Counted from the first letter of the stretch, positions 32,271 to 43,604 are shown. The stretch is DNA of 64,000 nucleotides from Vulcanimicrobiota bacterium (GCA_963723515.1 CAVRQT010000003.1:384001-448000), one strand, 5' to 3'. Program-made: numbers and translations. Notes: generated by a model not told the origin, from the sequence alone.

Positions 32271-33100
32271 CGTAGGCCACCCGATCCGTCGGCGTACTGA
32301 ACGGCCGTCACTCGATACGAAACGAACTGCGTTTGAAGCAGCGGAAGCGTCGCCGTACCCTGATTGCTAAGCAGGCAGTTCTCGGCAAGCGAACGAGGCG
32401 TGAAAGCTCCTTGAACGGATTGCTGATATTGATCGACGGTCGTCGCCCCCGCGATTGCAACGTTGGGCGAAAACGTGCCGGTTCGTTCGAAGTGAAGTGA
32501 AGTGATCGGCTGACTATTGGCATCGAGCAGCGGCAGATCGAAGTCAATCCGTGTCGCCGCGATCTTCGCGATGTTGGTGAAGGAGAGGCACACAAGAGCC
32601 GCACTGCCGTCGTTCTTGATGGCGGCGAAGCCGTTCTGAATCGTGACGCCGCTGGGTGGCGCCGCCTGCTGAAGCGTTGCTCGCGCCAGCGGAACGGCTC
32701 TCCAGTCTCCCGGTGACGGTGTGGGTGCCGGCCCTCCGCAAGAAACGTAATTGAAGGAATCAATTGGGAAGCGCTTCCCGCCGATCATTGCGTCGGTCGC
32801 ACCGCGCCGGCACAACGCCGCGCGGCTCTTAGAATTGAGCCATGCTAATACTGCATCGCGATCGCTCTGTCCAAGCGCCAGCACTTGCGCTTCGGCTTGC
32901 TGCCAATCGATCGTCGTCGTTGGTGGCGGCGATGGATTTGCTGCCCACCAAGCGACTTGCTGAAACGAGGAGCTGCTTAAACCGCGCAGCGTCGCCAGCA
33001 CTGATTGGAGTTGCGGTGATGCATAATCTCGCGCAGAGACGATTGTGCCGAGCGCGCTTAAACAAACAATCAGGCCGAATGCAAAACGCCTAGCGCGCAT
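32255..33100 (-). CDS. Hypothetical secreted protein
   Basis: Signal peptide MRARRFAFGLIVCLSALG; 281 aa ORF. Confidence 0.6.
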   Translation of the reverse strand: MRARRFAFGLIVCLSALGTIVSARDYASPQLQSVLATLRGLSSSSFQQVAWWAANPSPPPTTTIDWQQAEAQVLALGQSDRDAVLAWLNSKSRAALCRRGATDAMIGGKRFPIDSFNYVSCGGPAPTPSPGDWRAVPLARATLQQAAPPSGVTIQNGFAAIKNDGSAALVCLSFTNIAKIAATRIDFDLPLLDANSQPITSLHFERTGTFSPNVAIAGATTVDQYQQSVQGAFTPRSLAENCLLSNQGTATLPLLQTQFVSYRVTAVQYADGSGGLRWPLN

Positions 33101-33139
33101 CTATCTGCCCTCCGCTGGTGCGGTGTTTGCAGCGAGGCG

Positions 33140-33590
33140 TTAGACCGCCTGCAGAATTTGAGATGGCGGACCGCCCAGCGTGCTTCGGAGGAGCAACTGA
33201 AATAAATGAGGCAAATCCGGAAATGCGGCGATTGAAACAAGCGCATCCAAATCAGGACCGACGATGCCGAGGACCGGCAGTGCTTCGAACGACGATGGCA
33301 AAGATTGCGACGCCAAGCGCGCACTCAAGAACGGCGAGATGGACGAGTATCGCGACGCTTCAAAGGCGAGCGTCCACCAATCAAGTGGCGATGAAAAGCG
33401 GAATCACGAGCGTTACGACGGACCAGGCAATCGCGTCGCTGAACCGAGGGCAAAGCAGATGCAGCCAACCAAAAAATGCCAGTCCGTGCAGATCCCCTGA
33501 ACGCGCGACGATGAAAAGCACGATCCACGATATGCCGAAGGCAAACTGTCCCAGCACCATCGGGAGAGGCGGAATCCACAATCTTTTCAT
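33140..33590 (-). pseudogene. Fragmented hydrophobic membrane protein
   Basis: MKRLWIPPLPMVLGQFAFGISWIVLF... broken across frames. Confidence 0.25.
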
Positions 33591-33729
33591 GCGTGAAACG
33601 TCTATTGCTGCCAAGCCCGTGCTCGAAGACGAATGCTCTGTCGCGCATGTCGCTAGATTGGGCCGTCGGCCGAGACGATCGAGCGGCTGCAGGATTGGGT
33701 AGGCCAAAAGACCTAACCGGTGAGGTCGT

Positions 33730-34861
33730 ATGGCCGTGCTGCTGCATTCTGCCCTCTCCAAGGCCCTTTTTCTCATGATGATCGCGGCGTGCTTGCTCTT
33801 GCTCATGGTCGGCTGCGGGGGCGGTGGTGGAAGTTCGTCCATTCCGTCCGCCGGGAACGCACACGCCGGTAGCCCTTCCCCTGTTCCGGGGCCGCCAACG
33901 CAAAATCCGCGACCGACAGCGCAGCCTTCCGGAGTCCCGGGACCAACCCCGACGCCCCCGGGCCCTCCGCCACCGGGCAATGTGGCGGTCTTTGAAGGGT
34001 GCAGCATCTTCATGCCTGGCGATTGGTACAACGGGGATATCAGTACTGCGCCGACCGATCCGAACAGTGCCGGCTATATCAGTTCACTGATGCAATATGG
34101 TGACGGCGCCGGCTTTTGGGCGTCGACTGGAATCGAATTCATAAATTTAGCGAACAGCCGGCACGCCGCTGCTTCCGGTGCAAAGCGTGCCGGATGGCGA
34201 GCGGTTTTCGACTCCTTATCCGTGGCTTGCGACATATCGTATAGAACCCGACGTCGACCATCATGCGATGGTGCTTGACACAAGTGCGTGCCGGCTTTTT
34301 GAATTGTATAACACACAGTATGCGGCCGGTACGCTTTTCGCGTATAGCGGTTTTATTTGGAACTTGCATGCGTCGATGAGTTCTCCGCGGGCGGGACTCC
34401 CTTCGGCGATGGCATCCGGCTTATCGCTATTCGCAGGCGCGGTCAAATGGGAAGAGTACGTTGCGGGCTCGATCAATCACGCACTGAACTGGGCCCCGGC
34501 GGCCGGATCGATTTCACAATACAACTTTGTTGCGCCCGCAAGCGACACCGGTGGACTTCCGTTCGTTGGTCCCGCAACAGCGCCACAGATTCCATACGGT
34601 GCACATCTTCGTTTACGGCCGTCTTTCGATGTGAGCGGGTTGGGTCCACAGGCACGCGCAGTTGTGAAGGCGATGCAAACCTACGGCATCTATCTCGCCG
34701 ACACGGGCGGCACATGCTGCGGCAATGCCCTATACTTCGTCAATGCGGTTGATGGCAGCAATCGATGGAATACTAGCGATTTGAATGGTCTCGCTCAAGT
34801 ACACATCTCAGATTTCGACGTTCTGCGATTGCCGCCGCTGCAGCGCGTACCCGGCCACTAA
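33730..34861 (+). CDS. Proline-rich lipoprotein of unknown function (frameshift ~34150)
   Basis: Lipobox MVGC-GGG, Pro-rich linker, WYNGDISTAPTDPNS...ASGLSLFAG...INHAL...YGAHLRL...MQTYGIYLADTG. Confidence 0.7.
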
Positions 34862-34900
34862 TTTCTTTATCGTCGTCGAGCCTCCGATAGCCGCGAAACC

Positions 34901-35671
34901 GTGAGCGCTCTTCCGCCCGGCGTGCAAGGGGTGTTTTTTATCGGTTTGATGGTCGTCGTGGCAAGCGCCGGCGTCATCCTCACACGCCGCTTTGCACCGC
35001 AAGGCACGCTCGAGCGCCACAACGAGCTCGCCGGTTACGTCATCGCGGTTGTCGGCGTCGTCTACGCCGTCTTGCTCGCGTTTATGGCCTTTGCGGTCTG
35101 GGAGCGATTTGCCCAAGCGGAGATCCGCACGTACGACGAAGCGAACAATTTAGTGAATCTGTACCGCGATGTCGGCCCGCTCCCCACTGGTCACAAAATG
35201 CGAGCGGAAATCATTGCGTACACTCGCAGCGTCGTTAACGATGAGTGGCCGAAGATGCGTCGCGGCGAGGAAAGCGCGCAGGCAGATGCGCAATTGGAAG
35301 AGATCGGCCGCCAAGTACGGCATCTCCCGATCGCAAATCCCGGACAGCAAGATCTTCAGGCCGATGCGTTAGCCCGCCTCAATACGGTGCTGCTCGACCG
35401 CGATGACCGCCTCTCTATGAGTGTCGATGCTCTCCCGAAGATGATTTGGGTCATCCTGCTGTGCGGAGCGGCGGTCACGATCGGCTTCACGTTCTTGTTC
35501 GGCTTTCAGCGGCTCGAGCTGCACTTGATCACGACCGCGCTGCTGACGATCGCCATTGGACTCGCGCTGTTTCTGACGTATAGCGTTGACGCGCCGTTCG
35601 GACGTGGAATCCGAATCGAGCCGCGCGCCTTCGAGCGCGCGCTAGTGAGCTACGATCTAATCGGTCACTAG
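34901..35671 (+). CDS. DUF4239 (bestrophin-like) membrane protein
   Basis: HNELAG...GVVYAVLLAF...VWERF...YTRSVVNDEWP...DAPFG. Confidence 0.8.
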   Translation: MSALPPGVQGVFFIGLMVVVASAGVILTRRFAPQGTLERHNELAGYVIAVVGVVYAVLLAFMAFAVWERFAQAEIRTYDEANNLVNLYRDVGPLPTGHKMRAEIIAYTRSVVNDEWPKMRRGEESAQADAQLEEIGRQVRHLPIANPGQQDLQADALARLNTVLLDRDDRLSMSVDALPKMIWVILLCGAAVTIGFTFLFGFQRLELHLITTALLTIAIGLALFLTYSVDAPFGRGIRIEPRAFERALVSYDLIGH

Positions 35672-35692
35672 AGGTGCATCTGTTGCGGTCAG

Positions 35693-36133
35693 CTACACGA
35701 GTCGCGCTGTCAACTCGATCGCAATACCGCCCCGCAGCGCATTGGAAACCGGGCAAGTCGCTTCGGCGGCCTTCGCGATTTCCTGAAATTGATCGTCCGA
35801 AAGGCCGGGAACAGTAGCCGTCGTGTTCAGCCGCATCCGCGTGATCTTAAAACCACCGCCGCTTTGCGGTTCGACGATGCAGGTCGCGTCCGTTCTCACC
35901 TCTTGCGGCTGAGCGCCTCGTCCACCTAACGTCGCGGCGAGCGCCATGCTGTAACATGCAGCGTGCGCCGCGGCCAGCAACTCTTCCGGATTCGTGCCGG
36001 GCGCATTTTCGAATCGGGTCGCAAAACTATAGGGCGTATCCTCTAGCGTGCCGCTCGACATCGTGAAGCGGCCGTTTCCGCCGCGGAGATCGCCCGTCCA
36101 GGTCGCTGATGCGTTGCGCTCGATTGCCATCAT
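35693..36133 (-). CDS. osmC: OsmC family peroxiredoxin
   Basis: YSFATRFE..GTNPEELLAAAHAACYSMAL...CPVSNAL. Confidence 0.92.
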   Translation of the reverse strand: MMAIERNASATWTGDLRGGNGRFTMSSGTLEDTPYSFATRFENAPGTNPEELLAAAHAACYSMALAATLGGRGAQPQEVRTDATCIVEPQSGGGFKITRMRLNTTATVPGLSDDQFQEIAKAAEATCPVSNALRGGIAIELTARLV

Positions 36134-36145
36134 GAAAGCTCCTCG

Positions 36146-37768
36146 TTATAGAGATTTGCGTTTTCGCAAGTTGGCCCATGCCGTGCGAAGAATGGCGACG
36201 ACCGCGATTGCCGCTGCGATCCAAAAGATCCAGGGGATCACTTGATGCCAGCCGGTCGGCCGGTAGACGACGAAAAGCACCGTAATCCCGACGATGCATG
36301 CGGCTGCGAGCATCGTGGCATTTGCGCGCTCGACGACGCGCTCGATTGTTCGCAACGCCGGCTCCAAATCTTCCAGTTTTGCCCAAACACGAAGGTTGCC
36401 GCGCTCGATGTCCGCCAGAACGCGATCCGCTCGACGCGGTAAGTCGATGCTCAACTCTGCCGTGTCAAGCGCTGAAAGACGCGCGCGGTCGAACCATTCA
36501 TTCGGCGCTAGTCGGGCAACCGCGGCGCGCTCGGAAATCGGCCTCAAGAAGTCCGCCAGCGTTCGTTCGGGTGCAACGGTGCTGATGATCGATTCGCTCA
36601 TCGCCACGGTCTTGAAAAAGATCGTGAGCGCGCTCGGCGGCCGGAGGCCATACGTGCGAATGAGATCCAGCATATCGCTGAGCGCCGGTGCGATCTCGAT
36701 ACGCGCGAGCGATGTGCTCAGGTACCGCTCGAGCAGCCGGCCTAGCTCCGATCTGAACGCATTTCGATCGATCGGACCAGTCGGCGGCGCAACTTGCATC
36801 AAGCGGTCGGTGATCCGCTCGACGTCGTGCCGCTGCATGGCGATCAAGATGTCGGCGATGCGCCGGCGACTTTCATCGGTGAGCGTTCCAACCATGCCGA
36901 AATCGATGACGCCGATCGTGCCGTCTTCGTAGACGAGAATGTTGCCTGGGTGTGGGTCGGCATGAAAGATGCCATGCAGCAATGCCGGCTCGAGAACGAA
37001 CCGGGCGATGCGCTGAGCTGCCTCTTCACGCCGAGGTTTTGAGAGTGAAGCCGCTTCCGATGCGCGCATCCCATCAACTCGCGTCAGCGTCAAGACGTGC
37101 GTCGTCGAAAGTTCGGCGATGACTTCGGGCAGTCGTACGCCGAAGTCATCCTCAAAGAACGTGCGGAAGAGCCGAATGTTGCGTGCTTCACGCGCATAGT
37201 CGAGCTCGGCACGAAGCGTATCGGAAAATTCTTCAATAATGCCCGACATATCGTAGTCGGCTAAGTCCGGAAAGAATTTCTCGGACGAACCGGCCAGTTG
37301 CGAAAGGATCTCGAGGTCGCGTTCGACGATCGCGCGCACGCCGGGCTTACGAACTTTCACGACGACGTCGCGACCATCGTGTAATTTCGCTAAATGCGCT
37401 TGTCCGATCGATGCGGATGCCAGCGGCACGGGATCGAAGAACGCGAAGAGTTCTTGCGGCCTTGCGCCCAGCTCCGCTTCAATCTCCGTTTCGATGATCG
37501 CCGTGTCAACCGGCGGCATCGCGTCCTGTAACTTTGAAAGCTCTTCACGGTACTCGCGCGGCAGCTCTCCGCGGGTCGAGAGAATCTGCCCGAACTTGAT
37601 GAACGTGGGGCCAAGATCTTCACAGACAAGGCGCGCTTGCGTCGCTTGGGTGCGTGCACGCTCACCTGAAGCCAGTCGCAACGCGCCGGCGGCGGCAAGG
37701 CCATGCTTACCGAATGCGCCGATGATTTCACGATAACGCTCCGAACGCGTCGGTGCACGCTGCTCCAT
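36146..37768 (-). CDS. ABC1/UbiB (AarF) family kinase
   Basis: LGPTFIKFGQILSTR, ASASIGQAH, VVVKV, FHADPHPGNI, IDFGMVG. Confidence 0.92.
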   Translation of the reverse strand: MEQRAPTRSERYREIIGAFGKHGLAAAGALRLASGERARTQATQARLVCEDLGPTFIKFGQILSTRGELPREYREELSKLQDAMPPVDTAIIETEIEAELGARPQELFAFFDPVPLASASIGQAHLAKLHDGRDVVVKVRKPGVRAIVERDLEILSQLAGSSEKFFPDLADYDMSGIIEEFSDTLRAELDYAREARNIRLFRTFFEDDFGVRLPEVIAELSTTHVLTLTRVDGMRASEAASLSKPRREEAAQRIARFVLEPALLHGIFHADPHPGNILVYEDGTIGVIDFGMVGTLTDESRRRIADILIAMQRHDVERITDRLMQVAPPTGPIDRNAFRSELGRLLERYLSTSLARIEIAPALSDMLDLIRTYGLRPPSALTIFFKTVAMSESIISTVAPERTLADFLRPISERAAVARLAPNEWFDRARLSALDTAELSIDLPRRADRVLADIERGNLRVWAKLEDLEPALRTIERVVERANATMLAAACIVGITVLFVVYRPTGWHQVIPWIFWIAAAIAVVAILRTAWANLRKRKSL

Positions 37769-37806
37769 CGGACCCTTCTTACCCAGGACTCCGCTGCTGT
37801 GTGCGG

Positions 37807-38346
37807 TCAGTCTTCCGTTTGGCAGCGCGCCGTTTTCGGATCGTCGCTTGGAAAGATCGCGAACAGCGTGCCTTTGGGAACCGTGATGTTCTTGCCGCGA
37901 TGGAAGTAGTTGAATGCGCCGATCGCCGCACCGAAGCCGGGGACCGGGATCGCGCCCAAATACCCCGGCAAACTACTTGATGCGCCGGACTCCATGAGAT
38001 CGCTCGGCTTATGGTCGAGAACGACGCCGAGTTTTTGGCCGCTCGGCAAGACGAGGTAACGAGGTTCCAAAACGAGCGTACCTGCGTGTCCGCCTTTGCC
38101 GGCAGGCGAGGCGATCGCGACGATTCCCCATCCAAGCGTGTGGGCGGGAATGACGATATGCGTTCGATCCGTGACCGCGTTGATCGTTTTGAAGCGAAAA
38201 AAGTCGCCCGGATGCGCTTTCCCTGAATCGACCGAGTCGATCGTCTCGACAGCGACGATCGTGCATGGATCCACGCCTTGTTGCGGCGGTGGCGATGCTC
38301 CAAAGAGCGGTGCGCAAAGAAAAAGAGCGACGAGTCGTCGCCTCAT
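37807..38346 (-). CDS. Hypothetical secreted protein
   Basis: Signal peptide MRRRLVALFLCAPLFGA. Confidence 0.6.
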   Translation of the reverse strand: MRRRLVALFLCAPLFGASPPPQQGVDPCTIVAVETIDSVDSGKAHPGDFFRFKTINAVTDRTHIVIPAHTLGWGIVAIASPAGKGGHAGTLVLEPRYLVLPSGQKLGVVLDHKPSDLMESGASSSLPGYLGAIPVPGFGAAIGAFNYFHRGKNITVPKGTLFAIFPSDDPKTARCQTED

Positions 38347-38374
38347 CGCTCTTCCCATCACTACCTTGCCTACG

Positions 38375-38824
38375 TTATTGGGTCGTAAAGACGCCAACGA
38401 CGGTCGGCACACAACTTGAACCGGTATTGTTGACGGATACTTGCAACGACGTTGCGGGCGGAAACGTCCCAAATGCGCCGGTTTGATAAATCGGATTGGG
38501 GAACGGCGGAACCGTGTTCGGTGTTGGGAGTGGATTTGGTGCCGGGCTGAGGTTGCCGGCGCTCACGGCGACCAAAAAACCTCCACTCGTGAGTTCGATG
38601 TCCCAACCGGCGGGCAGCGTCGTCGTCGTTGCGATGATGACCTGTCCAAGAGTGTCCGGCACATTCGTCGAGCCATTCGCCGGATAGACCAGAGCGCTCG
38701 TCGCGCCCACTTCAGCCAAGCATGACGACGACGGTGCGGGCGTTCCACCGCTGGTGGACGACGAGCATGCGGCTGCGCCGACCGCAAGAACTGCCACAGA
38801 AAGCCAAATGAACTTGCGCATCAC
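38375..38824 (-). CDS. Hypothetical lipoprotein
   Basis: Lipobox AAAC-SSS. Confidence 0.65.
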   Translation of the reverse strand: MMRKFIWLSVAVLAVGAAACSSSTSGGTPAPSSSCLAEVGATSALVYPANGSTNVPDTLGQVIIATTTTLPAGWDIELTSGGFLVAVSAGNLSPAPNPLPTPNTVPPFPNPIYQTGAFGTFPPATSLQVSVNNTGSSCVPTVVGVFTTQ

Positions 38825-38873
38825 GGGCGATACTTTGCTGGCTGCAAGTGCGGCTCATGCCGAGAGGCGGCAC

Positions 38874-39221
38874 TCATTTGTTTTTCATTTGCTGATAAGC
38901 AGCGTCGCACTTTGCCGCGAGGATGAAGTCGCTTTCGGTTAGGCCGTCGATTTTATGCGTCCAAATCTCGAGTCTTACGCGACCCCAGCTCAAATGGATG
39001 TCCGGATGGTGACGCTGCTCCTCGGCGATCTGTCCAATCGCATCCGTAAAAGCAAGCGCTTGCCGAAAGTTCTTAAATTCGAACGTCTTTTCCAAATGGT
39101 GCTCATCGACGGAATGCCAACCGGACGAAAGCTCTTGCAGAAGCGGGGCGATCTCTTTCGCGCGCATCGGCGGCACGCCGCCTCGACACGGAATGCAGGT
39201 CTTCTGGGCGAGCTCCGTCAT
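38874..39221 (-). CDS. phhB: Pterin-4-alpha-carbinolamine dehydratase
   Basis: CIPCRGG...IAEEQRHHPDI...WTHKIDGLTESDFILAAK. Confidence 0.9.
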   Translation of the reverse strand: MTELAQKTCIPCRGGVPPMRAKEIAPLLQELSSGWHSVDEHHLEKTFEFKNFRQALAFTDAIGQIAEEQRHHPDIHLSWGRVRLEIWTHKIDGLTESDFILAAKCDAAYQQMKNK

Positions 39222-39278
39222 GTGAAAAAAGTTCGCGGCGCTAAGGGCAAATGCTTGTGCGCTTTGAAATCCAGGCGC

Positions 39279-40166
39279 ATGCGAGAAGCGGTGCTCGTCG
39301 CTCGTGCCGGGTCGCGTTACGGCGCGGTCGATCTTTCGCGAACCGCTCAGCTGCTCACCAGACGCGGCATCCGCATCGAACAAACGCACATTGTTCCAAG
39401 CCACGAGGCGCTGCATGCTCGGGTGAAAGACGCGGTGCGTTCACGTGCGGAAATCGTCGTAGTGTGTGGTGGAGACGGAAGCCAATCCGCTGCGGTGGAC
39501 GCAATGGCGCAATCCGAATCGGTTCTCGGGATCATTCCGGCCGGTACAGGCAACAGCTTTGCGCGCAGCCTCTCGATCAAGCCATCGCTTGAGGACGCTG
39601 TTGACGTCATTGCATCGGCGAAAGTTGTGCGCATCGACTTGCCTCGCGCCAACAAGACATACTTTGCGAACTTCGCGACCGTTGGACTCGCCGCACAAAT
39701 CGCCGTCGATACGCCGCATCTCTTGAAGCGAACGACGGGACCGCTCGCCTACGTCTTGACCGGCGTTGCACCCGTGCTTTTTCACCGGCCGTTCCACTGC
39801 ACGGTGAAGTGGGATGGAAAGAAAAGCTTTGAGATGACGACGGATCAAATAATCGTCGGTCGCTACTTCGGCGCCGAGCCGATTCTGAGCGACGTGACGC
39901 CGTTCGATGGCCGGCTTGCGTTCTTCGCAACTCGCGCGGGCGGCACGTGGAGCACCTTGCGCAGTTACTTGGCGCTTCTTCGTGGAACCGAGCGCCAGCT
40001 CTCGGATGCGCATTGTTTTTCCGCAGAAAAAATCAAGATTCGCACCGACTCTCCGCAGCCGCTCTCGCTCGACGGCAGCGATTTTGGCGAGACGCCGGTG
40101 AAGTTTTCAGTCTGCCGCCGCGCGTTGCGCGTCTTCGTGCCGCAAACTCTGGCGAATTCCGCGTGA
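39279..40166 (+). CDS. Diacylglycerol/lipid kinase family protein
   Basis: VVCGGDGS, IPAGTGNSFAR, LSLDG. Confidence 0.88.
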   Translation: MREAVLVARAGSRYGAVDLSRTAQLLTRRGIRIEQTHIVPSHEALHARVKDAVRSRAEIVVVCGGDGSQSAAVDAMAQSESVLGIIPAGTGNSFARSLSIKPSLEDAVDVIASAKVVRIDLPRANKTYFANFATVGLAAQIAVDTPHLLKRTTGPLAYVLTGVAPVLFHRPFHCTVKWDGKKSFEMTTDQIIVGRYFGAEPILSDVTPFDGRLAFFATRAGGTWSTLRSYLALLRGTERQLSDAHCFSAEKIKIRTDSPQPLSLDGSDFGETPVKFSVCRRALRVFVPQTLANSA

Positions 40167-40774
40167 TCGTCGAGAGCCGGCTGTGGATCGGCGCTTTGGT
40201 TGCAATGGCGCTTTTCGTCATCTTGGGCTTGGCGGTTTCGCGAATTCCGCCGACGCGTTTCGATATTGAAGCCGGCGCCGCTCGCGGCACAGCGACCCAA
40301 CTCGCGATCGCCTTCACGCAATCCGGCCGCTTTTGGCCCCTGATCGGACTGGCATCTCTCGGGGCGCTCATCTTCGCGATTGCGCGTTGGCCCATCTGGA
40401 TTCCGATTGCAATCTTCTGTTCGCAGATCGTTTCGCAGGGCGGCATTGAAATCGCTAAGCGCGTCTTTGCGCGAACGCGCCCGGACGATTGGCTGTTTCG
40501 CCACGAGCTGGGCTATTCGTACCCGAGCGGACACGCGTGCACGTCGATCGTCTTCTTCGGCGCGTATGCGCTTGCGGTCTCTGCCTTACCGATCTCGAGA
40601 GGCTGGAAAATCGGCATTGTGGCGTGCGTGATCGTATGGATTATGGGAATCGATTGGTCGCGCGTGGCGCTCGGCGCACATTATTTGACGGATGTGGTCG
40701 GCGGTACGCTTTTCGGTGTTGGCTGGCTTTGCGGTACTGTTGCGCTGTTGCGTTCGTGGAGCGCTTTACGGTGA
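40163..40774 (+). CDS. PAP2 family phosphatase
   Basis: KRVFARTRP, YPSGH, SRVALGAHYLTDV. Confidence 0.9.
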   Translation: MIVESRLWIGALVAMALFVILGLAVSRIPPTRFDIEAGAARGTATQLAIAFTQSGRFWPLIGLASLGALIFAIARWPIWIPIAIFCSQIVSQGGIEIAKRVFARTRPDDWLFRHELGYSYPSGHACTSIVFFGAYALAVSALPISRGWKIGIVACVIVWIMGIDWSRVALGAHYLTDVVGGTLFGVGWLCGTVALLRSWSALR

Positions 40775-42241
40775 CTTAACCGCGGGATCGCCGCTGCGCG
40801 GTGAGAGGCCGAGTCGCTCTTTCGCGTATTCCAAGATGACCCGAAAATGCGAAAGGAAGCCGCCGCCCAAATGACCTTGTGCGGTTGCATGCAGTGATTT
40901 TGTGGCGCCGATCTGCTGCGCTTCAACGCGGAAGTCGCCGACTTGAACCTGAGCGATCTCGCCGATCAGCTCTTCGCCGCTGCCGCCGACGCCGCTGACC
41001 GTTTGTGTTGCGGTTGCTGAAAACAATTCGGGATGTGCGCTGTAGTAGTCGTACGAGAGATTGATCGTCGACTCATCACCGGTATCGACCGCCAGTGCGG
41101 CAAGCGTGCTGCCCAAACGGACGGGCACGACCGGTACGAAATTGAAGAAGGAGAGAGGAACGATCGACGTGGTTGGACCGGCGGCATCTTCATTGAACTG
41201 CACGCTTCGCGCCCCGTAATCGATCGCAACCGTGGAACGTGCAAAGACGTCGGCTCCCAAAATCGCATCATAACGGAAACGGTGAATGTCGTGCAGCACG
41301 ACATAGTTGGCAGTCGGGAAGATGACGCCGCCGACATTTAACGGTCCGCCCCGAACGACTTCAGTTGCATAACGACCGAGACCGCGCACCTCGTACTCGC
41401 CAACGACGGGCAGGCGCTGTTGTTCGGCAAACTCCAAACTGACTGAAAGTCCCGAGTTCCCCGTGTCGAGTAGACATCGTAGCGTGACGGTACCGATCGT
41501 GCAGGGAATGACCGGCGTGTCGCCCGCGTCGAGCATCGGCACGGTGTCAGGCGTCGCCGGAAAGCGCGGCGACAACCCGTGCGGTGGTTGGAACGGTGCG
41601 GCAAGAATGCCGCGGCTTTCATAACGCTGAGAGATTGCGCCGTTTTGGTAAATCGTAAACGGCAGCAGTAACGGCCCGACGCGCCGGTAATCTGCATCCA
41701 CGAAAAGCACATGCCCTTGCCAGTCGCGAACTGCGAAGACGAGATAGGTCGAAGGATCGACCAAGATAACGACCGGCGCCGTATCCCGTGCCGTGATGCC
41801 GATCGAACGGTATGTGTACTTGCCTTCGGCCACCGTGCCGAAGTCGATCAAGGCACCCCCTTTACGTTCGAAGGCCGGTGCTAAGAATGTGCCGCTATTG
41901 ACGGTGCGCGTTGCGCGAACGAAGCGTTCCGTGGCGCCGGAATTGGGCAACGCCGTGTCGTTCAGGTTGACGGCATAGAGCCGATAGCCATCAAAGTAGG
42001 TTCCCGTACAAACGGTGTTCTTGCAAACGCGCGTGAGAAACGTCAGTCCGAAGAGATCGGTGCGCGTGATCGCCGTGTCGTCGGTGCGATCGCGTGAGGC
42101 GCTGACGATATGATAGCGGTATGGTTCTCCGGATGCGGCGCGCATATGTTGCACGAAGTCGCGCAGAGGCATTGCGGGGCCAGACCCTATGAGGAAAACC
42201 GCTAGGGTAGAGAGCGCCAGCAGCCGGCCGGCGAAGCCCAT
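40766..42241 (-). CDS. Secreted protein with two retropepsin-like aspartyl protease domains
   Basis: LLDTG...ILGAD and AVDTG...HLGGGFL. Confidence 0.8.
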   Translation of the reverse strand: MGFAGRLLALSTLAVFLIGSGPAMPLRDFVQHMRAASGEPYRYHIVSASRDRTDDTAITRTDLFGLTFLTRVCKNTVCTGTYFDGYRLYAVNLNDTALPNSGATERFVRATRTVNSGTFLAPAFERKGGALIDFGTVAEGKYTYRSIGITARDTAPVVILVDPSTYLVFAVRDWQGHVLFVDADYRRVGPLLLPFTIYQNGAISQRYESRGILAAPFQPPHGLSPRFPATPDTVPMLDAGDTPVIPCTIGTVTLRCLLDTGNSGLSVSLEFAEQQRLPVVGEYEVRGLGRYATEVVRGGPLNVGGVIFPTANYVVLHDIHRFRYDAILGADVFARSTVAIDYGARSVQFNEDAAGPTTSIVPLSFFNFVPVVPVRLGSTLAALAVDTGDESTINLSYDYYSAHPELFSATATQTVSGVGGSGEELIGEIAQVQVGDFRVEAQQIGATKSLHATAQGHLGGGFLSHFRVILEYAKERLGLSPRSGDPAVKSP

Positions 42242-42545
42242 GGAGATGGAATTCGAGTTGCTCGACCGGTATCTTCTGTCGGCCGAGGGTTCGAAGGCGG
42301 CCGTCGTTGCGGAACTGTTGCGCAATCCGTCAGCCGATCCGGCGGCCGCGCCGTTCTATCGAGCGCTTCGGCAAATCGGACCTCGCGCGGCCGATGAGGC
42401 GCTGATCGCCTTGCGCTTGGTTTTGGCGGGGAAGCCCCCTGCCGACGAAAATGTTCGTTCGCTGCGCGACCTAATCAAGAGTTCGCGCGCCGGCGGTGAA
42501 GATGCGGCTTCTGCGCGGGAAGCGTACCACGCGGAGTTGCGCTGA
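42240..42545 (+). CDS. Hypothetical protein
   Basis: About 100 aa helical ORF leading a co-directional operon. Confidence 0.55.
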   Translation: MEMEFELLDRYLLSAEGSKAAVVAELLRNPSADPAAAPFYRALRQIGPRAADEALIALRLVLAGKPPADENVRSLRDLIKSSRAGGEDAASAREAYHAELR

Positions 42546-43604
42546 TCGAAGCACTCGCAATTCCCGGCGTCTATTCCTGGTCGCGCTGGCAACCCGACCG
42601 CCGGATGTATTTCAACTCGCATCTTTTCATTCGGCCCAACGGTAATGTCGCCGTCGATCCGCTTTCATTAGATGAAGCTGACGCCGCGGAGCTGCGCGAT
42701 TTGGGCGGCGTCGCTTCGATTGTGGTAACGAACCGCGACCACGCTCGTGACGCCGTCTCGCTCAAAGAGCGGTTCGACGCCAAGATCGTAGCGAGCGCAC
42801 GTGAAGCAAACGAGTTCCCGTTCACCGTCGATGTCCTCATGTGATGACGGCGACGAGATCTTCGAGGGTGCGTTTGTCCTGGCGCTGCAGAATCAAAAGA
42901 CCGCCGGCGAGTTTGCGCTGCATTTCCCAACGCAGCGTATGGTTCTCGTTGGTGACGCCGTGATTGGATCGCCGGCCGGCGCATTATCGCTGCTGCCCGA
43001 TCAGAGATACGCCGACGTCCGAGCGGCCGCGCTGAGCCTGCGCCGGCTGCTCGCGGTTCAGCCGGAAATTTTGCTCCTCGGCGACGGAGCGAGTCTGTAT
43101 TGTGGTGCGACAAAATTGCTCGCTGCGTTGCTTCGTCAAAGAGCCGGCATTGGCGCGTACCGCATCAACATGGACGAATTGAGGTTTGAGCCATACACGG
43201 GCCCGGGTGAATACCACTCTTCGGAAGCGGAAGTCGGCTTTTGGATCGGCGCGCAGAAACTCGGCTACTGTGTCGTCACGCTGCCTCCCGGCGCGAAAGT
43301 GTGTCCGCTTCACGATCACGCTCAATCTGAGGAACTGTTCTTCGTCTTAGAGGGGCGGCCGAGTATCCGAGCCCGTGACGGAACGATCGAGTGCCGAAAG
43401 GGCGACTTTATCGCTTTTCCGACAGGCCCCAGCGGAACTCACCAGTTGTTGAACGAGAGCGACGCTGATGCGACCGTGTTGTTGCTGGGCGTCGAAGGCC
43501 CGGATGAGGTGTGCTTCTATCCGGATTCGAACAAAGTCTTAATCGACCCGGGGCGCCTCATTTTGCGAGCCGCTCCGATCTTAGATTACTATGATGGCGA
43601 ATAG
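42542..43604 (+). CDS. Degenerate MBL-fold domain + cupin domain fusion (frameshift ~42840)
   Basis: FNSHL...VDP...VTNRDH...VGDAVIG; cupin PLHDH...EELFFVLEG...GDFIAFP...HQLLN. Start uncertain. Confidence 0.75.
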
